A stretch of 64,000 bases of DNA from an uncultured Methanoregulaceae archaeon. GTDB lineage: Archaea > Halobacteriota > Methanomicrobia > Methanomicrobiales > Methanospirillaceae. Positions within the stretch are counted from its first letter, which is position 1; each line of letters opens with the position of its first letter. The position numbers and the translations under genes are program-made. Under the pieces are notes generated by a model, which was not told the origin of the DNA, ran no database searches, and saw only the letters and a program-made list of their open reading frames with translations. This document shows, one piece after another, positions 8,546-17,875 of the stretch. The DNA is taken from positions 1,472,001 to 1,536,000 of the forward strand of contig CAVTTL010000001.1 of assembly GCA_963737635.1 (NCBI GenBank), read 5' to 3'.

Positions 8546-10501
8546 ATGCCGGAGACAAAACACATCGCCATTTTTTTAGGGCTCCTTCTTGTTGTACTTC
8601 TTGCGGTTGCACCGGTATCGGCGAAAGTCGTCACATACAATGGCATCGGTAACGCCGGGACGATTCAAGACGTAATCAATAACGCAAGTAACGGCGACAG
8701 CATCTTCCTTGCCGGTGGAACATATAATGGGAATATCGTTATCGACCGCTCCCTTGTATTTGGTGCACTCGATTCCACCAATCCGCCGCGTATCGTTACA
8801 AGCGGGTCCGGTGCCGGGATTACACTCTCCGCTGACGGCATCACTATAAACGGCGTGACCATTCTGGGCAACGCCTCCACCGGCCTTTTAGTACTCTCGA
8901 ACAACAACCGGATCAGCGCTACTACGATCGCGGGGCATAACACCGGCGTCAGCTTGAAATCGGCGTCCGATAACGTCCTCTCGGGAGACACGATCGCGGG
9001 AAACAGCGTCGGTATCGACGTGGATCGTATGTCCCGTTCCAATACGTTTTTTTTCAACGATTTCAATAATACGCTTGATGCCGTCAGTCAGGCAGAAGAT
9101 AACTCCTGGTTCTCGGCTGGCCAGGAATACCTGTACCATGGGAAGAATTATTCCGGGCCCCTCGGGAACTACTGGCAGGGAGCCGGTGTGACCAATAACG
9201 ACGGCGACGGGATTGGGAATGCGCCGTATACGCTTGCGCCGGCAGGCCAGAATTATCCCGGTGCCATCGCGGTAACCGATCCGGCACCGCTGATCAGTTC
9301 CCTGTCGGCATATACGATCACCACGTCTGCACCATTCACTAATACCACCGTCGCAGGTAATCTGCCCCAGCCGGGGGGATTTGCATCCTCCCCGCACCAG
9401 GGCGATATCCAATCTGCAGTAACTTCAGGATCAGCTTCGTCGCCGTTTTCCGATTTTCCATCCGGGATAACCCCGCAGGGCGGGCCCCCCAACCCGGTAA
9501 TTGGGATCCTCATCCAGTTCTGGTGGCTGATCCCGGTTGCTCTTGTGATCTCCGCTGCGTGCGGCATCTGGTATGAACGATCCCGCAGGCGGAGGTGGGA
9601 TCTTTCTCTGGCACCTGATCCTGTCCGGGCGTCACCGAATGCAACGGTCGTCTCAAAACCCTCCGGAACAGTGTCATCGGAACAGCCCGGGCATGAGTAT
9701 ATGGTCCGCCTGCCTGCCGCACTTGAGAAGAAATACCCGGGTGCAGAATATATCGCGGAAGGCGGGGTTTCGCGGGTATTCAGGGTATGGGACAAGAAGA
9801 ACAATCGCGATGCGGCAGTGAAAATCCCGATCCGGTTCGATGAAGTAACCGGGACCCAGTTCACGAAGGAACTAACCGTGTGGGAGGGGCTCCATCACCA
9901 AAATATCGTGGAACTGTATGCGGCAAACATCTTCCCCCTGCCATTTATCGAGATGGAATATGTCGCCTCATCCCTTGCGGAGATGCATTTTCCTCTCGAT
10001 GAAAAGAAGGCTGTTGCCATCCTCACCGGGATTGCTGAAGGACTGCGGTACGCCCACGACCAAGGGATCGTCCACCGGGATATCAAGCCGGGCAACATCC
10101 TGGTTGCACCTGATGGGAGGCCGAAGATCACTGACTGGGGTCTCTCAAAGGCACAGGGCACAAAACAGTCAGGCCTCATCGGTTTCTCCTTGGAATACGC
10201 GGCACCCGAGCAGCTGGCGCCCAATCTCTACGGAGAGCCGGGGCCATGGACTGATATCTACCAGCTGGGCGTCCTCTTCTACGAAATGCTGACCGGGCAC
10301 GTACCTTTTACCGGGGACGGCATGGGAGAGGTTACCCACGCGATCCTGCACGATGACCCGGTACCGGCGTTAACCGGTGGCAGGGACGCGAATGCCATCA
10401 ACGCAATCATCGCAAAGTGTCTCCAAAAACGCCCTCAGGACCGGTACGCCTCGGTCAGAGATCTTATAGAAGACCTCCACCAGCTCGACCAGAAAGAGTG
10501 A
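8546..10501 (+). CDS. Receptor-type Hanks Ser/Thr protein kinase: signal peptide, NosD/CASH beta-helix, TM helix, kinase domain
   Basis: Signal ..LLAVAPVSA; beta-helix repeats and GNYW..DGDGIGNAPY; TM FWWLIPVALVISAACGIWY followed by RSRRRR; kinase AVKIP, HRDIKPGNIL, DWG, YAAPEQ, DIYQLG. Confidence 0.92.
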   Translation: MPETKHIAIFLGLLLVVLLAVAPVSAKVVTYNGIGNAGTIQDVINNASNGDSIFLAGGTYNGNIVIDRSLVFGALDSTNPPRIVTSGSGAGITLSADGITINGVTILGNASTGLLVLSNNNRISATTIAGHNTGVSLKSASDNVLSGDTIAGNSVGIDVDRMSRSNTFFFNDFNNTLDAVSQAEDNSWFSAGQEYLYHGKNYSGPLGNYWQGAGVTNNDGDGIGNAPYTLAPAGQNYPGAIAVTDPAPLISSLSAYTITTSAPFTNTTVAGNLPQPGGFASSPHQGDIQSAVTSGSASSPFSDFPSGITPQGGPPNPVIGILIQFWWLIPVALVISAACGIWYERSRRRRWDLSLAPDPVRASPNATVVSKPSGTVSSEQPGHEYMVRLPAALEKKYPGAEYIAEGGVSRVFRVWDKKNNRDAAVKIPIRFDEVTGTQFTKELTVWEGLHHQNIVELYAANIFPLPFIEMEYVASSLAEMHFPLDEKKAVAILTGIAEGLRYAHDQGIVHRDIKPGNILVAPDGRPKITDWGLSKAQGTKQSGLIGFSLEYAAPEQLAPNLYGEPGPWTDIYQLGVLFYEMLTGHVPFTGDGMGEVTHAILHDDPVPALTGGRDANAINAIIAKCLQKRPQDRYASVRDLIEDLHQLDQKE

Positions 10502-10571
10502 GTCGGCAGGCTTGATAAAAAGATGAAGAGATCCTAAATGAGGCCTGCCGCTTCTTAAATCTTCTTTATCC

Positions 10572-10982
10572 TTATTGCGATCCCGGGGTACCGGATGGCA
10601 TGCTTCCCGACGGAGGTGTACCCGAAGGTGCCGTACCGTTCATCATGCCTCCCTGAGGTGAACCTGAGGGTGCCGTACCATTCATCATTCCACCCGGAGG
10701 TGTACCTGAAGGAGCTGTACCATTCATCATTCCACCCGGAGATGTGCCTGAAGGCGCCGTGCCGTTTGCCTGTTCACTTGCCTGTGAACCGGAAGATACG
10801 GCACTTCCCGACTGTCCACCTGTCTGCTGGGAAGTACTTGTGGAACCGGAAGATACTGCGTTTCCCGACTGTTCACCTGTCTGCTGGGAAGTACTTGTCG
10901 AGCTCTGTGTACAGCCTGCAATCAGGATCCCTGCGATGAGGAGTGCCGATGCAATCAGCATAAGTATACTGCTTTTTTTCAT
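10572..10982 (-). CDS. Low-complexity repeat lipoprotein
   Basis: MKK + hydrophobic + IAGC lipobox; AGGTGA SD upstream; remainder is S/T/G/Q/M/P repeats. Confidence 0.8.
   Translation of the reverse strand: MKKSSILMLIASALLIAGILIAGCTQSSTSTSQQTGEQSGNAVSSGSTSTSQQTGGQSGSAVSSGSQASEQANGTAPSGTSPGGMMNGTAPSGTPPGGMMNGTAPSGSPQGGMMNGTAPSGTPPSGSMPSGTPGSQ
10611..10766 (-). repeat. Intragenic 42-bp tandem repeat (~4 copies, GGMMNGTAPSGxxP-like)
   Basis: Visible in DNA and protein. Confidence 0.85.
10787..10898 (-). repeat. Intragenic 57-bp tandem repeat (2 copies, STSTSQQTGxQSGxAVSSG)
   Basis: cacctgtctgctgggaagtacttgt occurs twice, 57 bp apart. Confidence 0.85.
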
Positions 10983-11220
10983 AGAATGAATCACCTGAAA
11001 CTCCGGGTGTCTCCCCTTGTAAGGGCATCCCGTATCTCGTGTGCAAATCCTGCTTTTCGTCTTTGACGATCTCCTTTGAAAGGGAGATCAATCACTCCCA
11101 TCATCACCATGGCGTGTATTATATTCGCTGCATGGAGGGAGTGATATCCTTCATTGAATGGCGATGAATTGAACCGGCAGGTAAACACTATGCCCGCGGG
11201 TCTTCTTCGTGTTGACTTTA

Positions 11221-12804
11221 TTACAGTTCCTTTCTGCCGAAGTTGTGCGGACCCCGCGGGGGCCGTTTCAGGAATATCCATGCCACTATACCGATCACCA
11301 TGAGTACCAATACGCCGACAATCGTGAGGCCCGATGACCCCCCGGAAGCGGGTGCTGCTTTAGCTCCGGCCGATGGTGTAAAGGTCGTCGCACTCGTGAC
11401 AATGGTCGGTGAAGGGGCGGAAGTTACGCTGCTGAGCGTCTGAAGCGTTGTGGTCGTCGTTGATCCTGTGACCGTGATATATGTGGTCCGTGTCACCTCA
11501 TTACTGCCCCCGGCATTGGCTGCCGTGAGCTTGACGGTGTAGGTACCGCTGGTGGAATACGTATGGGACGGATTTTGCAATGTCGACGATTCTCCGTCCC
11601 CAAAGGACCATAACCATGAAGTCGGCGAGTTTTCAGAAGTATCCGTGAACAGGACGGTAAGAGGAACCGCTCCCTGCGTCACATCAGCGGTAAAAGACAC
11701 CCCTGGAGGGGTTACCTCATTAGCCACCGTGATTAGATCCGATTCGGTCGTCACATTGCTTCCCGCCGAATTATACGCTGTCAGTTCGACGGTATATATG
11801 CCGGTTCCTGTATAGGTATGTGTCGCGTTCTGTGTGGTCGAAGTATAACCATCACCAAAGGACCAGTACCATTCGGTCGGGGAATTTGTTGAAGTATCGG
11901 TGAAGTTGACCGTGAGTGGCTCAGGTCCGCTGGTAATATTGGTCACAAATGACGCAACGGGGACGGCAAGATCGATACTAATATAGTCGGTTTTGGTCAC
12001 CGTGTTGCTGCCGGCCTCATTGGTTGCCGTAAGCGTCACCGTATAGGTCCCGGCAGCGGTATACGTGTGAGACGGGTTCTGCGAAGTTGATGAACCACCG
12101 TCGCCAAAGGACCAGACCCAGGATGTCGGTGAGTTTGTCGAAGAGTCCACGAACTGGATCGTCAATGGTACCGTTCCGGATGTTTCTACCGCTACGAATG
12201 CTGCGACCGGTACAGTGGCAACCTTCGTCACCGTAATCGCGCTGGACTCCGAGATCGTATTACTGCCAGCGTCGTTGGTCGCTGTAAGCGTTACCGTATA
12301 GGTCCCGGTACTGGTATATGTGTGAGACGGATTCTGTGAAGTTGATGAACCACCGTCGCCAAAGGACCAGACCCAGGATGTCGGTGAGTTTGTCGAAGAG
12401 TCTACGAACTGGACCGAGAGCGGTGCACTGCCGGATGTTATATTCGCAACAAAAGCTGCGACAGGGGCGGAACCCGATTTACTGACGGTGATGTACCCGC
12501 TTTCAGTGACCGTGCTACTGCCTGCAGCGTTGGTCGCTGTCAGGGTAACGGTGTAGGTGCCCGCAGTCGTATAGGTATGTGAGGGACTTTCTGTCGTTGA
12601 GGTGCTTCCATCGCCAAAGGACCACATCCACGATGTCGGTGAATTTGTAGATTCATCGATGAAGAGCACGTTAAATGGCGCTATTCCGGTGGTTGCATTC
12701 GATACAAACGCTGCCACCGGCGTGGATGTTGCAGATACCGGCAGGATAAATACCAGCGTGGCAAGAAGAAGGCTCAACCCCACCAAGAGGGAGATTTTTT
12801 TCAT
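11221..12804 (-). CDS. Surface protein with 5 PKD domains, S/T linker and C-terminal TM anchor
   Basis: Five xSTNSPTSWxWSFGDG..HTY..GTYTVTLTA-like units; signal peptide; GGAGGT SD. Confidence 0.92.
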   Translation of the reverse strand: MKKISLLVGLSLLLATLVFILPVSATSTPVAAFVSNATTGIAPFNVLFIDESTNSPTSWMWSFGDGSTSTTESPSHTYTTAGTYTVTLTATNAAGSSTVTESGYITVSKSGSAPVAAFVANITSGSAPLSVQFVDSSTNSPTSWVWSFGDGGSSTSQNPSHTYTSTGTYTVTLTATNDAGSNTISESSAITVTKVATVPVAAFVAVETSGTVPLTIQFVDSSTNSPTSWVWSFGDGGSSTSQNPSHTYTAAGTYTVTLTATNEAGSNTVTKTDYISIDLAVPVASFVTNITSGPEPLTVNFTDTSTNSPTEWYWSFGDGYTSTTQNATHTYTGTGIYTVELTAYNSAGSNVTTESDLITVANEVTPPGVSFTADVTQGAVPLTVLFTDTSENSPTSWLWSFGDGESSTLQNPSHTYSTSGTYTVKLTAANAGGSNEVTRTTYITVTGSTTTTTLQTLSSVTSAPSPTIVTSATTFTPSAGAKAAPASGGSSGLTIVGVLVLMVIGIVAWIFLKRPPRGPHNFGRKEL

Positions 12805-13027
12805 GATATACCTCCACAACGGTGCGGATGGGGATATGCAGCATAAAGCGGGAATTTCATGATTACACCTTTAGGGTACCCGATTCCTCCCTCGTTATTT
12901 ATTTTGAGAATATGAGAATGGTCAAATATTGACTCAAAAGAGAAATTATCAAACCACTTGGTTGTGGATATCCGCGCGCTCTTTAACCGGTATCTTTTCC
13001 GTGCCATTCTGGTATACAACTATAACG

Positions 13028-13064
13028 AAAAAAGAGGGTAGAAAAGGGATCCATGATCCCTTTT
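13028..13064 (-). terminator. Hairpin followed by U-tracts on the minus strand (candidate terminator)
   Basis: AAAAGGGATC(13042-13051)-CAT-GATCCCTTTT(13055-13064), then an A6 run at 13028-13033 on plus. Confidence 0.45.
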
Positions 13065-13784
13065 TCGCGATCCGGAAAACCCGATGGCACTGCAGATTGT
13101 GCCCCCATCGGGCTCATGACCGGTGACCGATTATTGTATCAGCGGAGTTCTGGAAAAATATCGGGTTCTACGGATGATAGGAAGTGTCGTTCCTTTTTGC
13201 GGATGGTACCACAATACCTCGTCGGGTTTTTCTGCCTTTCCTGATTACGTGTTCCTGATCTCCCTCGTTCTCACGGTGGGTATGTTGCCTCATTTCATCC
13301 ATGAATCAGCTGCAGTGCCGGACACGTGGTGTTGGCAGGTTCTCTCTCTTTTTCCTTCCAACTGAGACGCTTTTCCCCGTGCCGGGGTACGATGCTGGGT
13401 TCGTTCCTGGTCGCTTTTTTGTTTACCTTTCACCTCCCACCGGTGAGTACTTTTTTTCCGGCACTCACCACGCGTGCCTATAGACCCGGGTCGTTTTATA
13501 TTCCCTTCATCGGCAAAGTGAAATTATGTCCCCTTTTCTAAGATTGATTCAACCTGCAGGTGTAAGATATCCGCGTTGTAAACTGCTGTTAAAAAAAGTG
13601 GAAAGACCTGCCCCCTTAAAAAAAATTAACGGGATTTGGGTCCTTTCTTTTCTTTTTTTTGCTTTATCCGGGTCAGGCTTGGCACAACTATTTTGTTCAC
13701 AACCCGCTGGAAATAATATTTCATCAGTACGGACATGGTACGCCATACGCCTCCCGACGGCAGGATGGTAGTGCTGCCATAGAG

Positions 13785-15008
13785 TCACTCACTCCTCAGC
13801 GCATCGATCGGATCCATGTTCGACGCCCTCCATGCCGGGTATACCCCGGAGATAACACAGACCACTACGCCGATGAGCATGGCTGCCGGGACATACAGGA
13901 TACTGGCCGGCTGGAAGAAATACGCTGTCGTGCCGATCATGGCATCTACAACAGAGTATCCTATGATCACGCTGCTGACCCCACCGATACCAGCGCCAAG
14001 GAGACCCAGGATAAATGCCTCGTACACGAACATACGGCGAACTTCGCCTTTTTCCGTCCCGATGGAAAGCAGGATACCAATCTCCTGTATCCTCTCGCTG
14101 ACCGACATCATCATCACGTTAAAGATGCTCACCGCAGCAACAAGGAGCGAGATCCCACCGATAGCCATAATAAAGGTGGTCACCGTGCTCAGTGTGGATG
14201 TCTCGGTTTCCAGCTGTGTGGTGGCGTCGGTAATCCTGACCGCAGGGGTCTTTGCATTCGTGTTGATCTTTGCATCAAGTGCGCTTTCAATGTCACCGAT
14301 GTTGTCAACGTTATTGACGATGACATTAACTTGGCTCCACTCATTTTTCCCGCCATACTGGTCGGTATACCACTGGCTGTTCACCACGATCCCGTTATCC
14401 GTTGAGACACCATCAGCTACGGTTCCCCGCGGTTGAAGAACACCGGCAATGCGGAGCTCGGGCCGGGACGAGGATGAGAACGATCCTATCCTGATACGGG
14501 TGCCAACCTTGAGGTTAAAGTTTTGTGCGATATCTGCCCCGACCAGGACTTCGTCGACCCCAAGATCGGTTGTCCCGTTACCATAGGTCTGGTTCAGTTT
14601 GAGGAACTTTGAGATGTCGCTTGGGTCGATACCATAGATTGAACCCCTGCCGGCAACTGAACTGATCGTGAATTCACCGTTGGTTGAATAGATAGGGATA
14701 ATGGTCCCGTTAGATCCCACAACCGAGGTGATCTTCGTGAGCTCGCTTTTGGTAACCCCTGAAGACGAAGATGAAGACGGGGTGAACCCGGGTGGGCCCA
14801 TCCTGACCGTATCCGATGAAATAACGATAGTATTGGCGCTTGCGGAGAGCTGGTCCTTTACCTCTAATTGCATATTGGTGCCCAGCATCCCCATAGCCGC
14901 AATAGCGACAACACCGATTACAATACCGATCGCAGCAAGCATCGATCGCAGGAAGTTCAGCCGGACGCTCCTGAGCGAGAGGTTAAAGAAGATATCCCCT
15001 TTAATCAT
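13785..15008 (-). CDS. MacB/FtsX-type ABC transporter permease
   Basis: RSMLAAIGIVIGV, GGISLLVAAVSIFNVMMMSVSERIQEIGIL, GVYPAWRASNMDPIDALR. Confidence 0.93.
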   Translation of the reverse strand: MIKGDIFFNLSLRSVRLNFLRSMLAAIGIVIGVVAIAAMGMLGTNMQLEVKDQLSASANTIVISSDTVRMGPPGFTPSSSSSSGVTKSELTKITSVVGSNGTIIPIYSTNGEFTISSVAGRGSIYGIDPSDISKFLKLNQTYGNGTTDLGVDEVLVGADIAQNFNLKVGTRIRIGSFSSSSRPELRIAGVLQPRGTVADGVSTDNGIVVNSQWYTDQYGGKNEWSQVNVIVNNVDNIGDIESALDAKINTNAKTPAVRITDATTQLETETSTLSTVTTFIMAIGGISLLVAAVSIFNVMMMSVSERIQEIGILLSIGTEKGEVRRMFVYEAFILGLLGAGIGGVSSVIIGYSVVDAMIGTTAYFFQPASILYVPAAMLIGVVVCVISGVYPAWRASNMDPIDALRSE

Positions 15009-15686
15009 GATTCTGCAATCCTCCCATCCACCAGCCTGATAGTGCGGTGGGCATACTCTGCGATCTTCGGATCGTGGGTTACCAGAATGACGGTCTTTCC
15101 ATCCTTGTGCAGGCCGCAGAGGATATCCATGATCTGGTACCCGGTCTTGCTGTCAAGGTTCCCGGTCGGCTCATCACAGAGGAGGATCTTCGGATCATTG
15201 ACCAGTGCCCGGGCAATAGCCACGCGCTGTTGCTGCCCGCCTGAGAGTTGGGTGGGCCGGTGTTCACTCATGTCCCGGTTAATACCCACCTGTTCGAGGA
15301 GGGCTGATGCCTTGCCCGGTGGTGTCCCGTTTCTTGTACTTCAGAATGAGCGGGTACTCCACGTTCTCGTATGCCGAGAGAAGAGGGATCAGGTAGAATT
15401 TCTGGAAGATATACCCGATTGTATCCCTGCGCATGTGAGTCCGCTCAAGGTTTGACATGTCAGCCACGTCCCTTCCCGAAATAAACAATTTTCCCGACGT
15501 AGGGACATCAAGGATCCCCAGCTGGTTCATCATAGTCGATTTGCCGGAACCGGACGGCCCCATAATGGCGACAAAATCGTTCTCCCGTATGTCAAGGGAG
15601 ACATGATCGAGAGCGGTAAAGTCCCCGCTCTCCAAGTGATACGTTTTTGTCACGTCGATAAGCTGAATAATGGGGGTATCGGTCAT
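15005..15686 (-). CDS. LolD/MacB-type ABC ATPase, one frameshift near 15316
   Basis: GPSGSGKS in one frame; LSGGQQQRVAIARAL, CDEPTGNLD, VTHD in the next; removing one G from ACCGGGCAAG joins them. Confidence 0.9.
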
Positions 15687-15696
15687 ATCCGATCCC

Positions 15697-17076
15697 TCAC
15701 TGTTGTTGTTTTTTCAGCTTAGTGGAGATCCATTTCCGCTTTTTCCACAGGACAATGCCGGCTACAAGGATGATCGCGGCTCCTATGACCGGATAGAACG
15801 AACTAATCCCGGCGCCTTTGCCGCTGGTAAAAAGCGACAGGGTACTGCTGCTGCTGCTGCCTCCGGGCCCTCCCATTTCACCACCGGGGCCGCCACCCAT
15901 ACCGCCGGGGCCTGTCATTGAACTGGCAGAACTGGATGAAGTCTTTGACGTGCTGCTGGTCGTTGAACTGCCGGTTCCCGTGCTCGCGGCGAGATTGAGT
16001 GTCTTTGTGATATTGTAGTCATTACCATCGGCGTCCTTCCAGCTGATAATGACTGGTACGGAAGAGAGATCGCTTGCGGTAAAGGTTAGCTCGAAGCTCC
16101 CGGAGTCGTCCGAAGCGATACTTCCAATGGCATACTCGGGATAGGTCCCCGTACCGGTTGCCGGCGATCCAACATTCACGACCACGCCATAGGCATCGGT
16201 AATACCGGCATTGGTGATATCACCGGTGATATCATAATCCGAACCTGAAGTCGTGAGGGCAACATCGTTGAGGACAGGTACTGCGGCCGTTTTGTCCTGT
16301 CCCATGTTGATCGGTAACACTACGTCAGTGTAATGGGTATTGTCGCCGTTCTGGTAACTGATATTGAAGGTGAGGTTCGATGCCTGGTGGGGGGTAATAC
16401 CGAAAGTAACGTCCGTAGAACTGGAGGAACCGATGGTGGAGACAAGTTCGGTGGATGGGTCGGCATCAATGCCCGATCCCTCTGGGGTGACAACGACATT
16501 GTTGATCTCCCCGCACCGGGTATTCATGAGCGTGAGCGTCACGTTCTGCTCGGCTTCTGGCGCAAACGAGGTCGGTTTTGACGTGACTGCTGCCGTGAGG
16601 CTGTTGGAACTTACCTCGATCTTTATGGGATAATCTATGGCGTTACCATTCTGGGTGTTGAGGGTAAAGAGCGCATAGTAGCACCCGTCCGGGGGTTTTA
16701 CCTGGAAACGGAGTGAGTACGAGATGGTCGATCCGGCACCAACGAAACTCATCCCCTCCCAGGCGTTCTGCTCCAAGACATTGATATGGGAACTAATGAG
16801 ATCCGGATGGGAAAGCCCGATGGCCGATGTCCCGCTGTTGGTGAGGGTGACCGTAACTGTACCTTCATCGCCGGGGAAATACGACGATGTATCCATGGTC
16901 ACGTTTGTGACCGTGACCAGTGCTGCCTGATCGATCGTCGAAGCCGACGACGATGATGAACTGCTCGTGGAACTGCTCGTAGTGCTGGAAGTACTGCTCG
17001 TCGTGTCATCAGCATAGGCCGCTGACACCAGCAGAAGTACCAGAATACAACTAAAAATACACCATTTTATCTTCAT
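15697..17076 (-). CDS. COG1361-like S-layer/Ig-fold membrane-anchored protein, first gene of the ABC operon
   Basis: Signal peptide, poly-S/T, FPGDEGTVTVTLTN, DITNAG..IGSIASDDSGSFELTF, GPGGMGGGPGG linker, C-terminal TM + KKRK. Confidence 0.75.
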   Translation of the reverse strand: MKIKWCIFSCILVLLLVSAAYADDTTSSTSSTTSSSTSSSSSSSASTIDQAALVTVTNVTMDTSSYFPGDEGTVTVTLTNSGTSAIGLSHPDLISSHINVLEQNAWEGMSFVGAGSTISYSLRFQVKPPDGCYYALFTLNTQNGNAIDYPIKIEVSSNSLTAAVTSKPTSFAPEAEQNVTLTLMNTRCGEINNVVVTPEGSGIDADPSTELVSTIGSSSSTDVTFGITPHQASNLTFNISYQNGDNTHYTDVVLPINMGQDKTAAVPVLNDVALTTSGSDYDITGDITNAGITDAYGVVVNVGSPATGTGTYPEYAIGSIASDDSGSFELTFTASDLSSVPVIISWKDADGNDYNITKTLNLAASTGTGSSTTSSTSKTSSSSASSMTGPGGMGGGPGGEMGGPGGSSSSSTLSLFTSGKGAGISSFYPVIGAAIILVAGIVLWKKRKWISTKLKKQQQ

Positions 17077-17395
17077 GTTTTCTCCATTTTATCGCAATTT
17101 CCTGACTGCATTACTTCAAGGGAGTTTATTCCGGGTGTGCGACTCCGGGGCAAAGGCCACGTGAACATTCCTGCCCTCGCTGTGCCGGCAACCAAATCAG
17201 CCGCTAAAAATCCCCTCCCAAAGAGATTACGCGTATTTCCATGCAGAACGAGGATGATATATTGACAGCATCTGTGGCGGCGAATTATGTACAAAAACAG
17301 GATATCCTTAACTCAGGAGTTCATGATATCGCACTTCTGTCGTCTGAACGGAAGGGCCTCAGTTCTCCGGAATAAAAGGGCAGGATAAAGGCTGA

Positions 17396-17875
17396 TTAGA
17401 AGTTAAGCCCGGAATCAATTTTTTCCTTGAGGCGTTTGCCGTGTGAGCCATTCCAGTACAGTTTCCTGCAGTGTTCGCACCAGAAAAACGTATATCCGGC
17501 CCGGTCACGCGGCGCATATTCGGCAGACTGGATCTCGTCTTCGGTTGCCTCCCGGAGCAGGGAGTTGCAGATCGAGCACCGGCTCATAGGGAGACGCCGT
17601 TCGACGAGGCCGAGATCAGCAAGCTGTCGCACCTGCACGAGCACATCGCCGTCCGTGACCAGCACCGCCAGATCGCCCCCTCTCCGGGTCAGCTCGTGGT
17701 CCCGGGTCAGGAGGATCCGGTGTTCGTTCCTGGCAAGGGTGAGCAGCTGGGTATCCTCGTCCGCATTCCCGCTCCGGAACCCGTTTGCACTGATCGTGTC
17801 GTACCCCATAAACCGGAGATACCGGGTAAGGGTGCCAAGCATCCTGTCAGCAATAAAGCGGGTTTCAGGAGGCAT
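17396..17875 (-). CDS. Mut7-C (PIN-like RNase + Zn ribbon) domain protein
   Basis: FIADRMLGTLTRYLRFMGYDT, RILLTRD, RCSICN, CEHCRKLYWNGSH. Confidence 0.88.
   Translation of the reverse strand: MPPETRFIADRMLGTLTRYLRFMGYDTISANGFRSGNADEDTQLLTLARNEHRILLTRDHELTRRGGDLAVLVTDGDVLVQVRQLADLGLVERRLPMSRCSICNSLLREATEDEIQSAEYAPRDRAGYTFFWCEHCRKLYWNGSHGKRLKEKIDSGLNF

Noticed and set aside
15290-15330. Programmed ribosomal frameshifting in the split genes
   Set aside because: No slippery heptamer or stimulatory structure; breaks occur in unrelated families and in both directions
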